Below are positions 21,148-35,254 of a stretch of 64,000 bases of DNA, piece after piece. Below the pieces are notes generated by a model. The model was not told the origin of the DNA and did no database searches. It saw only the letters and a list, made by a program, of their open reading frames with translations. The stretch comes from an uncultured delta proteobacterium (GTDB lineage: Bacteria; Myxococcota_A; Polyangia; Haliangiales; Haliangiaceae): positions 288,001-352,000 of the forward strand of contig CAVUQH010000003.1 of assembly GCA_963743525.1 (NCBI GenBank), written 5' to 3'. Numbering within the stretch: position 1 is the first letter of the stretch; each line of letters opens with the position of its first letter. Position numbers and translations under genes: made by a program.

Positions 21148-22455
21148 ATGGCGGGCCGTTTCCCACCGCAGATCAAGTACATCGTCGGCAACGAGGCGGC
21201 GGAGCGCTTCTCGTTCTACGGGATGCGCGCCATCCTGACGCTGTACATGACCGAGTTCCTCTTGTTCGACAAGGGGCACGCGGAGTCGATCTATCACCTG
21301 TTCGTGTTCGGCGTGTACTTCACGCCGCTGCTCGGCGCGTACATCTCCGACCGCTACTGGGGCAAGTACCGCACGATCATGACGCTGTCGCTGGTCTACG
21401 TGGCCGGCCACGGCGTGCTGGCGTTCTGGCCCGGCGAGACCGGGCTGTTCGTCGGCCTCGGGTTGGTGGCGATGGGCGCCGGCGGCATCAAGCCGTGCGT
21501 CTCGGCCCACGTCGGCGATCAGTTCACCAGGGCCAACAAGCACCTCTTACCGTCGGTCTTCAACGCCTTCTACTTCAGCATCAACGTCGGCTCGTTCGTG
21601 TCCGAGATCGTCACGCCGTGGACGCGCCGCGCCTACGGTCCGGAGGTCGCCTTCGGCATCCCCGGTGTGCTGATGGCCATCGCCACGCTGGTCTTCTGGA
21701 TGGGCCACCGCTACTACATCGTGGTGCCGCCGACCCGGCGCGACGACACCCCGGGACGGGTGCTGATCTACGCGCTGTTCCGCGGCATCGGCGGCGCGCG
21801 CAAGCGCTTCGGCGACACCCCGGTCGACGACGCGATCTCGGTGCTGCGCGCCTGCCGCGTGCTGATCCCGGTGGTCATGTGGTGGGCGCTGTACGACCAG
21901 ACCGGCTCGAGCTGGGTGCTGCTCACCAACCACATGAACCTGCACGGCTTCCTCGAGCCGGACATGCTGCAGGCGGCCAACCCGGCGATGATCATGCTGA
22001 TGATCCCGCTGTTCACCGGGCTCATCTACCCGCGCATCGCCGGCGCCGGCAACGCGCCGTCGGCGCTGGGCCGCATGCGTATGGGCATGTACATGATGGC
22101 CTTCTCGTTCCTGGCCGTCGCCGGCATCCAGGCGCTGATCCTGCGCGGCTACTTCCTGTCCGCGTTCTGGATCCTCCTGCCGTACCTGATCCTCACCGCG
22201 TCCGAGATCCTGGTGTCGATCACCGGCCTCGAGTTCGCCTACACCCAGGCGCCGCGCAGCGCCAAGAGCACGGTGATGGCGTTCTGGTACCTGACCATCT
22301 CCATCGGCAACCTGATCACCTCGGCCATCGCCGGCTTCAACGTCTTCTCCGGCACCGCCTACTTCCTGTTCTTCGCCGGCGCGATGGCCGTCTTCGCCAT
22401 CGTCTTCCGCTTCGTCACCGCCGGCTACCGCGCGGCCGAGTACATCGAGGAATAG
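21148..22455 (+). CDS. POT/PTR family proton-dependent oligopeptide transporter
   Basis: NEAAERFSFYGMR (ExxERFxYY-like), GGIKPCVSAHVGDQF, FYFSINVGS, GLEFAYTQAP. Confidence 0.95.
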   Translation: MAGRFPPQIKYIVGNEAAERFSFYGMRAILTLYMTEFLLFDKGHAESIYHLFVFGVYFTPLLGAYISDRYWGKYRTIMTLSLVYVAGHGVLAFWPGETGLFVGLGLVAMGAGGIKPCVSAHVGDQFTRANKHLLPSVFNAFYFSINVGSFVSEIVTPWTRRAYGPEVAFGIPGVLMAIATLVFWMGHRYYIVVPPTRRDDTPGRVLIYALFRGIGGARKRFGDTPVDDAISVLRACRVLIPVVMWWALYDQTGSSWVLLTNHMNLHGFLEPDMLQAANPAMIMLMIPLFTGLIYPRIAGAGNAPSALGRMRMGMYMMAFSFLAVAGIQALILRGYFLSAFWILLPYLILTASEILVSITGLEFAYTQAPRSAKSTVMAFWYLTISIGNLITSAIAGFNVFSGTAYFLFFAGAMAVFAIVFRFVTAGYRAAEYIEE

Positions 22456-23478
22456 CTAGAAGTACTGGTCGATGACGTTGCACAGCTGATCGCCGGGGCA
22501 GCAGACGTCGATCGGCGCGGAGCCCTGATCGGTGTGGAAGCAGGTGCGCGGCCCCTTGCTGGGATAGTAGTAGGCCCAGAAGAAGCACATCTCGTCGTTG
22601 ACGCCCTGGCCGAATCGCACCCGCTGGGTGGAGCCGTTGAACCAGTTGCAGCTGTAGCGGAAGCCGCCGCCCTGGACCAGCGACACCGGCGGATCCAGAT
22701 AGACCGTCTCCGGCTCGTCCCAGTTGAAGTTGGGCAGGTCGTAGATGCTCTGGTACGGCCCGGTCTCGCTGCTCGCCAGCTCGACGGTGACGTTGGTGCC
22801 CCACTGGTGCTCGTGACCGGTGATGCCGAAGATCTTCGAGTCGCCCAGCTCCCACGGCATCGGCTGGAACGAGGTCGACAGGTTGCCGGTGCTGTTGGGC
22901 GCCAGATCGATGTCGGGGTTGCCGACGAACAGCAGATCGGCCACGTGCTCGAGCTCGGCGTCGGGGATCGGCGTCAGCGTCGACGTCACCATCACCGTCT
23001 GGTCGGTGTCGCTGGCGTTCACGTAGTGCAGCTCGATCCGCATCATCTGGTCGGCGTCCATGGCGAAGGCCACGCCCTTGGGCAAGACCAGCGTCTCGTC
23101 TTCCTTCTGCGTGATCATCAGCGGGATGCCGTTGGTCTCGTCGATCAGGTTCTGGATCGTGTCGCACGGGTACGGATCGGTCTGCTCGACCGTGTCCGGC
23201 GACTTGTAGAGGATCATGTGGTGCGACACCGGCCCCAGCACGTTGTGGATCTGGTGGATGTTGACCGGAATCGAGTTGCCCAGGCGCACCGTCACGCAGC
23301 GCACCTCCTCGACCCCCGCCGGCACCGTGATCGGCCCCCAGCTGATCTGGTACGAGCCGTCCGGGACCTCGGTCCGGGCGTCCGGCCCACCCGCATCCGA
23401 GCTCGTTCCCGACGAGCCCGAGCCACCGCACCCCGCCGTCGCAACTACCAGCGCAATGACCAGCCGCATCCGCCCCAT
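22456..23478 (-). CDS. Copper type II ascorbate-dependent monooxygenase (PHM/DBH-like) lipoprotein
   Basis: Lipobox TAGC; SHHMILY and ELHY (CuH), GHEH and DEMC (CuM). Confidence 0.82.
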   Translation of the reverse strand: MGRMRLVIALVVATAGCGGSGSSGTSSDAGGPDARTEVPDGSYQISWGPITVPAGVEEVRCVTVRLGNSIPVNIHQIHNVLGPVSHHMILYKSPDTVEQTDPYPCDTIQNLIDETNGIPLMITQKEDETLVLPKGVAFAMDADQMMRIELHYVNASDTDQTVMVTSTLTPIPDAELEHVADLLFVGNPDIDLAPNSTGNLSTSFQPMPWELGDSKIFGITGHEHQWGTNVTVELASSETGPYQSIYDLPNFNWDEPETVYLDPPVSLVQGGGFRYSCNWFNGSTQRVRFGQGVNDEMCFFWAYYYPSKGPRTCFHTDQGSAPIDVCCPGDQLCNVIDQYF

Positions 23479-23665
23479 TCTACAGGGGACACGCACCACC
23501 CCCGCAAGCATCTGATTTGACGAGGCTTCTGGCCCCAAACGTCCAATCCTCGCCGGCCCCGGAGGGCGACCCGCTCGCTGCAGCCGAGGCCCCGCTCGCC
23601 GATGTCAGCTCCGGTGACCGCGGCTTTGCTTGAAATCGCTGCTGATTCGAACAAGATACCGGCCC

Positions 23666-26412
23666 ATGAAGCGCCCCGGACGCCTGCTTTCGGTGGCAGC
23701 GCTGGGGGTGGCCACCGCCTCCCTCTCGTGCGCCCCCAAGACTCCCACCTACGCCATCCACTATGCGGAGATGCGCGCCAAGATCGACAACGGGCTGCGC
23801 ATGGTGATCATCCCCGATGACACCACGCCGATGGTCCACGTCGCCGTCCGCTACGAGGCCGGGGCCAACGAGGATCCGCCGGGCAAGGCCGGCCTGGCTC
23901 ACCTGGTCGAGCACATGATGTTCCAGCATCGCCTGCTCGGCCCGGACAAGCCGGCGACCTTCGAGCTGCTGCCGCAGATCGCCACCGGCTTCAACGCGTG
24001 GACGAACTGGGACACGACCCACTACTACGACGAGGGGCGCAAGGAAGACCTCGACAAGATGCTGCGCATCGAGGCCGCCCGCATGGGCGCCATGTGCAAC
24101 ACCATCCCCGAGCCGGAGTTCGAGCGCGAGCGCGAGGTCGTGCGCAACGAGATTCGCCAGCGCGGCGGCACCCCCGAGGGGCAGGTGCCGGGGCTGATGT
24201 TGGCCGAGGTCTACCCTCCCGGACACGCCTATCACTTCATGGTCGGTGGCAACGACCAGCAGCTGGCGTCGATCAAGTTCCAGGACGTCTGCGACTTCAT
24301 GCGCAAGTACTACACGCCGAGCCGGGCGACGGTGGTCGTGGCCGGCAACGTCGGCTCCCCCGAGGAGGTCGGCAAGAAGATCCGGGCGGCCTTCGGCGGC
24401 ATCCCGGCGCGCACGCCGGCGCCGCGCAAGACGGTCGCCCCGCTCGGCGAGCTCACCTACCAGAAAGTGGTCAAGGAAGTCGACACCGAGCGCAGCCAGG
24501 TGATCGTCATGTGGAAGCTGCCGCCGCGGTCGAGCGACGACTACGCCGCCGGCCAGACCATGGTCGGCGCGGTCAACTCGCGCCTGGCCTACTTCAACGA
24601 CCAGTACGACTTCGCCGCCAGCGTGGGCGCGGGGCCGTTCGGCGGCGAGCAGGCTCCGGTCATGGTGGTGTCCGCGGAGCTGTACAACTACAGCGACGCC
24701 GACGACGTGCTCGACTGGATCTGGAAGGTCACCAGCCAGATCCACCGCGGCTTCGAGGACGGCATGTTCTCCGAAGACGTGGCCGCCATCGGCAAGGCCG
24801 GCATCATCGGCCAGGTCGAGAGCCTGGCGTCGCGCGCCACCTTCGTCGCCGACCAGGTGCAGTTCGAGCCAAAGGTCAACTTCAGCGGCAACGAGGAGTA
24901 CCTGATCCACGCGCTGGAGCGCTACGACAAGCTCGACGGCGGCAAGTTCCGCGCGTTCATGAAGGGCGCGCTGAGCAAGAAGCACGCGAAGGTGCTGATC
25001 ATCAAGTCGAGCAAGACTGGCCTTCGCGGTGACAAGCGCGCGGCGCTGACCTACAGCACGCGCACGCACAACAAGGACATCACTCCGGTGGTCAACCCGG
25101 CCGAGGCCAAGCATCCGCTGCCCGCGCCGGAGACCGACTCGGTGCTGAAGACCGCGATCCACTACCAGCTGGGCAACGGCATGAACGTGATCCTGTTGCC
25201 GACCAACGGCATGCCGATGGTCACCGCCGGGCTGATGTTCCGCGTCGGCAGCGCGCAGGAGCCGCCCGAGAAGGCCGGCCTGGCCAGCGTCGCCGCCGGC
25301 TTCCTGCGCCCGCCGATGGGCGCCAACTTCACCCAGGTCGGCGTCGGGTTCGGCGGCTTCGCCACGCCGACACGACCACCTTCTTCGCCCGCGGCGTCAA
25401 CATCTACCTCGACGTCATCATCAAGGGGCTCGAGCGAATCATCAAAGCCGGCGAGATCTCGCAGGATGGCGTCGAGCGCTGGCAGCACTTCCAGAAACTG
25501 CAGTTCGAGAGCGCCGAGTACCGCCGCGACCAGGCCTACCAGCTGGAGATCGCCAAGGCGATCTACGGCCCCGAGCATCCGTACACCGTCACCGGCGAGC
25601 CGACCGAGTCGAGCTACAAGCGGATCGGTCGCGACGTGGCGATGGACTGGGTGCGCAAGCACTACTCGGCCAAGAACGCGACCCTGATCGTCGTCGGCAA
25701 CTTCGACGCCGAGCAGGCCAAGAAGTACATCTCCGGAAGCTTCGGCGAGTGGAGCGGCGGCCACCAGGACAAGGCGGTGGCTCCCGACGCCATGGCGCGG
25801 ACCCAGCCGGACTACGTCGGCGTGGTGATGAAGGATCCGCGCCCGCAGTTCCAGGTGGCAATCGCCTACCCGGGGCCGTCGGGCCTCGACGGGCAGGAGG
25901 CGGCGCGCGAGGTTCTCTCGGCGATGCTCAACATCCGTCTGGGCAAGATCCGGACCACGCTGGGCTCGACCTACGGCACCTACGCCCGTCGCAGCCCGGC
26001 CATCGGCCCCAGCGCCTACGTCATGGGCGGCAGCGTCAACACCGCCAAGGGCGCCGAGTCGCTGGCCGCCATGCGCGACGCCGTCGATTCTCTCCGCCGC
26101 GGCGACGACTTCGATCGCGACTTCGCCACCGCCCGGCGCATGGTGCTCAAGCGGCTGCTGGCCGAGTCAACCGATACCCTGTCGCTGTTCCGGCGCCTGG
26201 CCAACATCGCCACCTACAACCTGCAGCCGGACTTCTACGACCAGCAGGTGCGCTTCGTCGCCGCTGTGTCGCCGGCCCAGATCCGCGACCTGATCAAGAC
26301 CGAGCTGCCGCCCGAGCGCGAGACCATCGTCATCATGTCAACCCGCGACGTGCTCGAGCAGACGTTCACCGGCGCGGGCATCAACAGCGTCCGCTACGTC
26401 GAGCCCAACTAA
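23666..26412 (+). CDS. M16 (insulinase-family) zinc peptidase lipoprotein; one apparent frameshift at ~25361-25365
   Basis: GLAHLVEHMMF (HxxEH), NAWTNWDTTHY, EREVVRNE; second half LGNGMNV..EPPEKAGLA; downstream frame continues (YGPEHPY, ATLIVVGNFD) to stop 26412. Confidence 0.9.
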
Positions 26413-26436
26413 CCCGACCTCGCGCTAGTTACCCTG

Positions 26437-26472
26437 CGCCTCCGCGGCCCGATAGTGGTCGCGGAGGCGTTT
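26437..26472 (+). terminator. Intrinsic terminator after M16 peptidase
   Basis: CGCCTCCGCGGCC-loop-GGTCGCGGAGGCG followed by TTT. Confidence 0.65.
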
Positions 26473-26480
26473 GCACATGA

Positions 26481-26624
26481 GGGTCAGATCCAACTTTTGA
26501 AACTTACGCTTCGCAACTGACCGGATTCGTTGAGGAACCGGCTGGGGCCGCGGCGCGCGTGCGGCTGATCACGGAAAGCGGACTACTCAGCGTGATTTCA
26601 ACTGGATGCCGAGCATAAGTTTCA

Positions 26625-26641
<17 letters not shown>
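26481..26641. mobile_element. ~160-bp MITE/REP-like element with 26-bp terminal inverted repeats
   Basis: Left GGGTCAGATCCAACTTTTGAAACTTA (26481-26506); right arm (26616-26641) reverse-complements to GGGTCAGATCCAACTAATGAAACTTA (2 mismatches); lower GC than surroundings. Confidence 0.7.
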
Positions 26642-29204
<2,563 letters not shown>

Positions 29205-29206
29205 GC

Positions 29207-30589
29207 TTACTGCGGCGCCGGCGACACGAGCGAGCCTGCACCGCCGGTGGTCGACGGCGCGGTCAGGTGGATGCGACCAACGCTGCCGCCGCCGCCGCCG
29301 CCGCCGGCGACGCCGCCCGGGTTGCCGCTCTGGCCGGTGGTGGCGTCGGTCGCGGCGTCATTGAGCGCGCCGCCGTTGCCGCCGTTGCCGCCAGCGCTCT
29401 GGCTGGTGCCGCCGCCGCCGAGCGCCGGCTGGGCGTTGTCGTCGTGGCCGTTCTGGCCGTCCTGTCCGCCGAAGCTGCCGCCGCTGCGCGAGCCTTCGCC
29501 GCCGCCGCCGCCGTTGGCGGTGATCTTGCCGGGCGCGGCGATGGCCGTGCCGGCCTCGAGCAACAGGCCGCCGCCGCTGCCGCCGCCGCCGCCGCCTGCG
29601 TGCGCGGTGTTGGTGCCGCGACCGCCGCCGCCGCGCGCGGTGACGACGCCGGCCACGGTGATGGTGCCGTTGGCGACGATCTGCAGCGCGCCGCCGGCGC
29701 CGCCGCCGTTGCCGCCGTTGGTGCTGGCGCCGCCGCGGCAGCCGCCGCGCAGGGGCGACAGCGAGCTGTTGCCGTTGGCGGTTCCGCCGGCCGACGCGAT
29801 CGGACCGCCGGCCGCGCCGTCGGCTTCGGTGCCGCCGCCGCCGCCAGCGCCGAAAGCGCCGCCGCCACCGCCGGCGCTGCCCGAGCCGTCGCCGACTGTC
29901 TGCACCGCGCCGGTGTCGCCGTCGCCGTTGCCGCACAGCGACTTCAGGTAGCCGGCGCCGTCGGTCGCACCGTTGGCTCCGGCGCTGAGCGTGCCGTTGA
30001 TGGTGACGTCGCCGAACGAAACGATCACCAGCCCGCGCGAGCCGGTGACGTCGACCGTCGAGCCGCCGTCGATGGTCAGGCTGTTCACGCTGACGATCAG
30101 CAGATCGGGACCCCCGGTCTGCGAGATGACGTTGGTCAACGGCAACAGCTCGGTCGCACCGCCCAGCCGGTTGGTCAGGCTGGCGGTGTCGGTATCGAGC
30201 TGCCACGAGCCGACGCCGATCGTGCGGTCGCCGGTCGGCTCGGGCACGTCGCACGGATCGGAGATGTTGCTCGGGGTCAGGACCAGCTTGTCGCCCGGGC
30301 AGACCCGCGCGTCGGGCGGCATCGCATCGGGCGGCGGCGGAGCCGCGTCCGGCTTGCCCGGGGTGGCATCCGGCATACCCGGAGCGGCATCCGGCGTGCC
30401 CGGAGCGGCATCCGGCGTGCCCGGAGCGGCATCCGGCGTGCCGGCGGCCGCGTCGGCCCGGTTGACCGCGGCGTCCGGCCGGCCGCCTCCGCCCCCGTCG
30501 GTCTGGAAGCCGAGGCCTCCCTGGTCGAAGCTACACGCCGCGACGACACACGCGAGTAACCCGGTGGACAACAGCAGGCGGCGGCTCAC
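29207..30589 (-). CDS. Glycine-rich lipoprotein (paralog 1)
   Basis: Lipobox VAAC-SFD; PDAAPGT linker; GGGGGAFG, LRGGCRGG, GGGGGGSGGGLLLEA, GGGGGSVGRI blocks; start 30589 or 30601. Confidence 0.78.
   Translation of the reverse strand: MSRRLLLSTGLLACVVAACSFDQGGLGFQTDGGGGGRPDAAVNRADAAAGTPDAAPGTPDAAPGTPDAAPGMPDATPGKPDAAPPPPDAMPPDARVCPGDKLVLTPSNISDPCDVPEPTGDRTIGVGSWQLDTDTASLTNRLGGATELLPLTNVISQTGGPDLLIVSVNSLTIDGGSTVDVTGSRGLVIVSFGDVTINGTLSAGANGATDGAGYLKSLCGNGDGDTGAVQTVGDGSGSAGGGGGAFGAGGGGGTEADGAAGGPIASAGGTANGNSSLSPLRGGCRGGASTNGGNGGGAGGALQIVANGTITVAGVVTARGGGGRGTNTAHAGGGGGGSGGGLLLEAGTAIAAPGKITANGGGGGEGSRSGGSFGGQDGQNGHDDNAQPALGGGGTSQSAGGNGGNGGALNDAATDATTGQSGNPGGVAGGGGGGGSVGRIHLTAPSTTGGAGSLVSPAPQ
30366..30440. 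repeat. 21-bp coding tandem repeat (PDAAPGT units)
   Basis: CCCGGAGCGGCATCCGGCGTG x3 plus degenerate flanking units. Confidence 0.85.
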
Positions 30590-30659
30590 GGGCGGCAGCA
30601 TACCGCAACGGCCCGGGGGCGAATCCGTGACCGCTGCCGCATATGCGCCGGCCGCGTGC

Positions 30660-31958
30660 TCAGTTGGTGCTCGGGGCGGGGGTGACGATGGCCCCCGGAT
30701 CGATCGAGCGGGTGGCGGCGTTCAGGCGAATCCGGCCGACCCCGCCGCCGCCGCCGCCGCCGCCCGCGGGGAAGCCGAGGGACGAGCCGAGCAGAGCGTC
30801 GCCAGCGTTGGTCGATCCCGCGCCGCCGCTGCCGCCGATACCGCCCGACGACACCTGGCTGTCGCCGCCGAGCGCCGGGTTGGCGTCAACGCTGTGCCCG
30901 TCCTGCCCCGGATCTCCGTGGTAGAGGTCGCCGCCGGTGCGCGTGCCCTGTCCGCCGCCGCCGCCGTTGGCTGCGATCACACCGGTCGAGGTGACGGTGA
31001 TGGTCGCCGCTTCGAGCAGCAGCGCGCCGCCGGAGCCGCCACCCGAGCCGCCCGAGCTGGCCGCCTGGTCGCTGCCGCCACCGCCCTGATCGGCCGGAGG
31101 TTGGCCGCCGCCGCCGCGCGCGGTGACCAGGCCGCTGATGGCCAGCGTGCCGTTGGCGAACACCTGCATGCCGCCGCCACCACCACCGCCGGCGCTGCCC
31201 AGCAGGCCGCCGGCGCCGCCGCTGCAGCCGCCGCGCAGCGGCACGTTGGTCGTGTTGCCACCGGTGCTACCGCCACTGATCGGGTTGCCGCCGCCGCTGG
31301 CGCCCTCGACGTTGGAGCCCTTGCCGCCCTTGGTGCCGAAGCCGCCACCGCCGCCGCCGCTGCCGCCGGTGCCGTCGGTCATGGTCCGCTCGTCGCCGTC
31401 GGTGCCGGTGCTGCCGCCGCAGATGGGACCGCTGCCGCCGCCGGGGCCGGGTCGCGCGCCGGTGGCGCCGGCGAACAGCGCGCCGTCAACGGTGATGTCG
31501 CCGAACGACACGATCACCACCGGGCGCGAGCCGCGGAAGGCGAACAACGTGTAGGTCGCCAGCGAGGTTGCGCCGACGGTGAGCGACGACACCGAGACCA
31601 CGCGGACCATCGGACCGCCGCTGGTCTGCGCGACCACGGCGCTGGCGACCTGCACCGTCTGGCTGCCGTCGGTCAGCTCGCCGGTGTCGGTGTCGAAGGA
31701 CCAGTTGCCGTCGTCGTCGAGGACCAGCGGACCGAGCGGCGCCGGGATCTCGCACGGATCGATGTTGGAGATCGGCGTGGTCAACGGCGCGCCCGGGCAA
31801 CCGGCATCGGGGCCGGTCGGGGCAGCGTCGGGCCCGCCCGCCGCGGCATCGGGTACGACGATGCCGCCGTCGTTGCCGGCGAAGTCAACGCCCCCCTCGT
31901 CGAAGTTGCAGGCGCCGCACAGCGCGAGCGCTGCCACCAGAGTCGCGTACTCCCTCAT
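30660..31958 (-). CDS. Glycine-rich lipoprotein (paralog 2)
   Basis: Lipobox CGAC-NFD; SNIDPCEIP, DTDTGEL, LRGGCSGG, GGGSGGALLLEA, GGGGVGRIRL, collinear with paralog 1. Confidence 0.8.
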   Translation of the reverse strand: MREYATLVAALALCGACNFDEGGVDFAGNDGGIVVPDAAAGGPDAAPTGPDAGCPGAPLTTPISNIDPCEIPAPLGPLVLDDDGNWSFDTDTGELTDGSQTVQVASAVVAQTSGGPMVRVVSVSSLTVGATSLATYTLFAFRGSRPVVIVSFGDITVDGALFAGATGARPGPGGGSGPICGGSTGTDGDERTMTDGTGGSGGGGGGFGTKGGKGSNVEGASGGGNPISGGSTGGNTTNVPLRGGCSGGAGGLLGSAGGGGGGGMQVFANGTLAISGLVTARGGGGQPPADQGGGGSDQAASSGGSGGGSGGALLLEAATITVTSTGVIAANGGGGGQGTRTGGDLYHGDPGQDGHSVDANPALGGDSQVSSGGIGGSGGAGSTNAGDALLGSSLGFPAGGGGGGGGVGRIRLNAATRSIDPGAIVTPAPSTN

Positions 31959-32032
31959 GAACGGCGCCCAGCATACCCCACCGCCGCCGCCGCCCGGGCA
32001 GCTTTGGTTCGCAATGCCCCTGGCCCGTGGAA

Positions 32033-32346
32033 TCAGCTGCGCAGGAGATCGATCCACACGTCGCCGTCGACGATCGACACGCGAAACCGACGTAAGCGCA
32101 AATCCGGGTCGTGGGTGCAGCCGCCGGTGGACAGATCGAAGCTGTAGCCGTGGCCGGGGCAGATCACGCGGCCGCCGTCAACGTCGCCGTCGAGCAGCGA
32201 CACCTCCTCGTGGGGACAGATGCTGCCCGCCGCCACGATTCGTCCGTCGACCCGGGTGACCATCACCGGATCGCGCAGGCCGTCGACGGCGACCCCGAGC
32301 AGCTCGCCGTCGGGCACCTCGTCGGCGCGGCAGACCCGCACCCGCA

Positions 32347-32347
<1 letters not shown>
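32033..32347 (-). CDS. Rieske [2Fe-2S] ferredoxin
   Basis: ICPHEE and ICPGHGYSFDL; start overlaps upstream stop (TGATG). Confidence 0.9.
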
Positions 32348-33179
<832 letters not shown>

Positions 33180-33183
<4 letters not shown>

Positions 33184-34119
33184 CCGACGCGGATCCTCGG
33201 ATCCGCCAGGCCATAGGCCAGGTCGACCAGCAGGTTGACGATCACATAGATGACGGCGATGACCAGCACCGTGCCCTGGACCATGGGGAAGTTGCGCTCG
33301 GAGATGCCGTCGAGCAGCAGCGTGCCCAGCCCCGGCCGGGCGAACACCTTCTCGGTGATGATCGCCCCCGACAGCATCGACCCGAACTGCAGGCCGGCGA
33401 CGGTGATCACCGGCAGCAGCGCGTTGCGCAGGGCGTGGTGGAGCAGCACCCGGCGCCCGGGCACGCCCTTGGCCCGGGCGGTGCGGATGTAGTCCTCGCC
33501 GATGACCTCGACCAGCGACGATCGGGTCATGCGCGCGAGCATCGCCATCAGGTGCACGCCGACGACGATCGACGGCAGCACCAGGGCGCCCGGCGCGTTG
33601 GGCTCGGCCGGCCCGGGAAGCCAGCCCAGGTAGCCGAAGAAGATCAGCAGCGCCAGCGGTGCCATCCACACGATCGGCATCGAGATTCCGGCCAGCGACA
33701 CGAACGACGCGATGGTGTTCAACCCAGGTGCCGCGGCGGGCGGCGGCGAGCACGCCCAGCGGCAGCGCCAGGAGCAGCGCCACCGCCATGCCGCCCATCG
33801 CCAGCCAGAAGGTGTACGGCGCTACCTCGACGATGCGGGCCATGACCGTCGGCTTGTGCGCCGGGTCGGGGCACTGCTGGCCGAGCGAGCCGTTGACGAT
33901 GTTGCGGGCGAAGATGCCCAGCTGCCGGGGCATGCTCTCGTCCAGATGCAGGCAGTGGGCGATCTCGAGGCGCGTGGCCTCGTCGGCGTCGCCGCCGGCC
34001 AGCTGGTCGACCGGATCGCCCGGTACCAGGTGCAGGAACAGGAACACCAGCAGCGACGCGCCGGTGACCGCGAGCAGGCCGGTCCCCAGCCGGCGGAGAA
34101 TGAACGAACCGATCGACAT
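33180..34119 (-). CDS. Peptide/nickel ABC transporter permease (DppB/OppB-like); apparent frameshift at ~33717-33723
   Basis: [40 protein letters not shown]; halves join as GTWVDTIA if GTCGAC is restored. Confidence 0.92.
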
Positions 34120-34185
34120 GGCGCGATCGGCTTCAGGCTATCAGCCCGCGGCCGAGGGGCCAGTTTCCGCAGGTGGATCGCGGCG

Positions 34186-34677
34186 CTACGTCTTGGGCGT
34201 AGTCGTGGCGCAGAACGCCTGCAGCGTGTCGGGCGCCGGCTTGGACGGGTCGAGGACCGGCTCGCCCCCGTGGTTGACCATCAGGCTCTCGTCGCGGCAT
34301 TCGTAGCCGTCGCGGCAGTCGCCGTTGCCGCCGCACTTGCGCATGCAGTAGCGGACCTCGGCGGAGCGCGGGACGCAGAAGCCGCCCAGGGTGCACAGCT
34401 CGTCGGGCGTGCAGTCGCTGTCGGTGGCGCAGCTGACGTCGGTCTGGGTGACCGGGAAGAAGCGGACGCAGACAGCCTCGCTGGGGCAGGTGTCGTAGTC
34501 GCAGCCGCGGATGGTGCAGTAGCCCCCGGGCGTGTTGCTGGGCGGATCGCAGATCCGCTCACCGGTGGGCGAGCAGTCGGTCGAGATCGAGCAGCTGTCG
34601 CCGATTTGATTGCCGCAGCCGGCCAGGAGGGCGGCGAGGGCAAGGCCGAGGAACGTCGTGCGCACGGAGAGCGGCAT
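34186..34677 (-). CDS. Cysteine-rich lipoprotein
   Basis: Lipobox LAGC; IGDSCSISTDC, PGGYCT, CPSEAVC, CRDGYEC. Confidence 0.8.
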   Translation of the reverse strand: MPLSVRTTFLGLALAALLAGCGNQIGDSCSISTDCSPTGERICDPPSNTPGGYCTIRGCDYDTCPSEAVCVRFFPVTQTDVSCATDSDCTPDELCTLGGFCVPRSAEVRYCMRKCGGNGDCRDGYECRDESLMVNHGGEPVLDPSKPAPDTLQAFCATTTPKT

Positions 34678-34753
34678 ACTAGTCGCGGGTTCGACCCGAG
34701 GCAAGCACGAGCGGTTGCCTTTCCCTGCAAAATCCCTGTAATTTCGCGAGGCA

Positions 34754-35206
34754 ATGAGATCAGTGGTGCAGCGGGTAACCCGCGCCGAGGTCATCGTGGA
34801 CGGCGAGACGGTCGGCCGCATCGGCCGCGGCCTGCTGGCCCTGGTCGGCGCCGGCACCGGGGACGACGAGGCCGACGCCCGCTACCTGGTGGACAAGCTG
34901 GCCAACCTGCGGATCTTCCCCGACGACCACGGAAAGATGAACCGCTCGGTCCTGGACGTCGGCGGCGGGGTCCTGGTGGTGTCGCAGTTCACCCTCTACG
35001 GCGACGTCCGCAAGGGTCGCCGGCCGGCGTTCCTCGACGCCCTCGAGCCGGGCCGGGCGGCCGAGCTGTGCGAGCTGGTGGCGGACGGCCTGACCGCCGC
35101 CGGCGTGACCCAGGTCGCGACCGGCCGCTTCCGCGCCCACATGGAGGTCGAGCTGGTCAACGACGGCCCGGTCACCATCCTCATCGACTCCCGCAAGCAG
35201 TTCTAG
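34754..35206 (+). CDS. dtd: D-aminoacyl-tRNA deacylase
   Basis: MRSVVQRV, LRIF, VVSQFTL, KGRRP, NDGPVT. Confidence 0.96.
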   Translation: MRSVVQRVTRAEVIVDGETVGRIGRGLLALVGAGTGDDEADARYLVDKLANLRIFPDDHGKMNRSVLDVGGGVLVVSQFTLYGDVRKGRRPAFLDALEPGRAAELCELVADGLTAAGVTQVATGRFRAHMEVELVNDGPVTILIDSRKQF

Positions 35207-35254
35207 CCGAGGGGTTGGCCCCGGGGGCGAATTGGATCTAACGTGCGCGCCTTC

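Noticed and set aside
34680..34750. GGTTCGACCC resembling a tRNA T-arm
   Set aside because: No acceptor, D or anticodon arms could be built; short divergent promoter gap.
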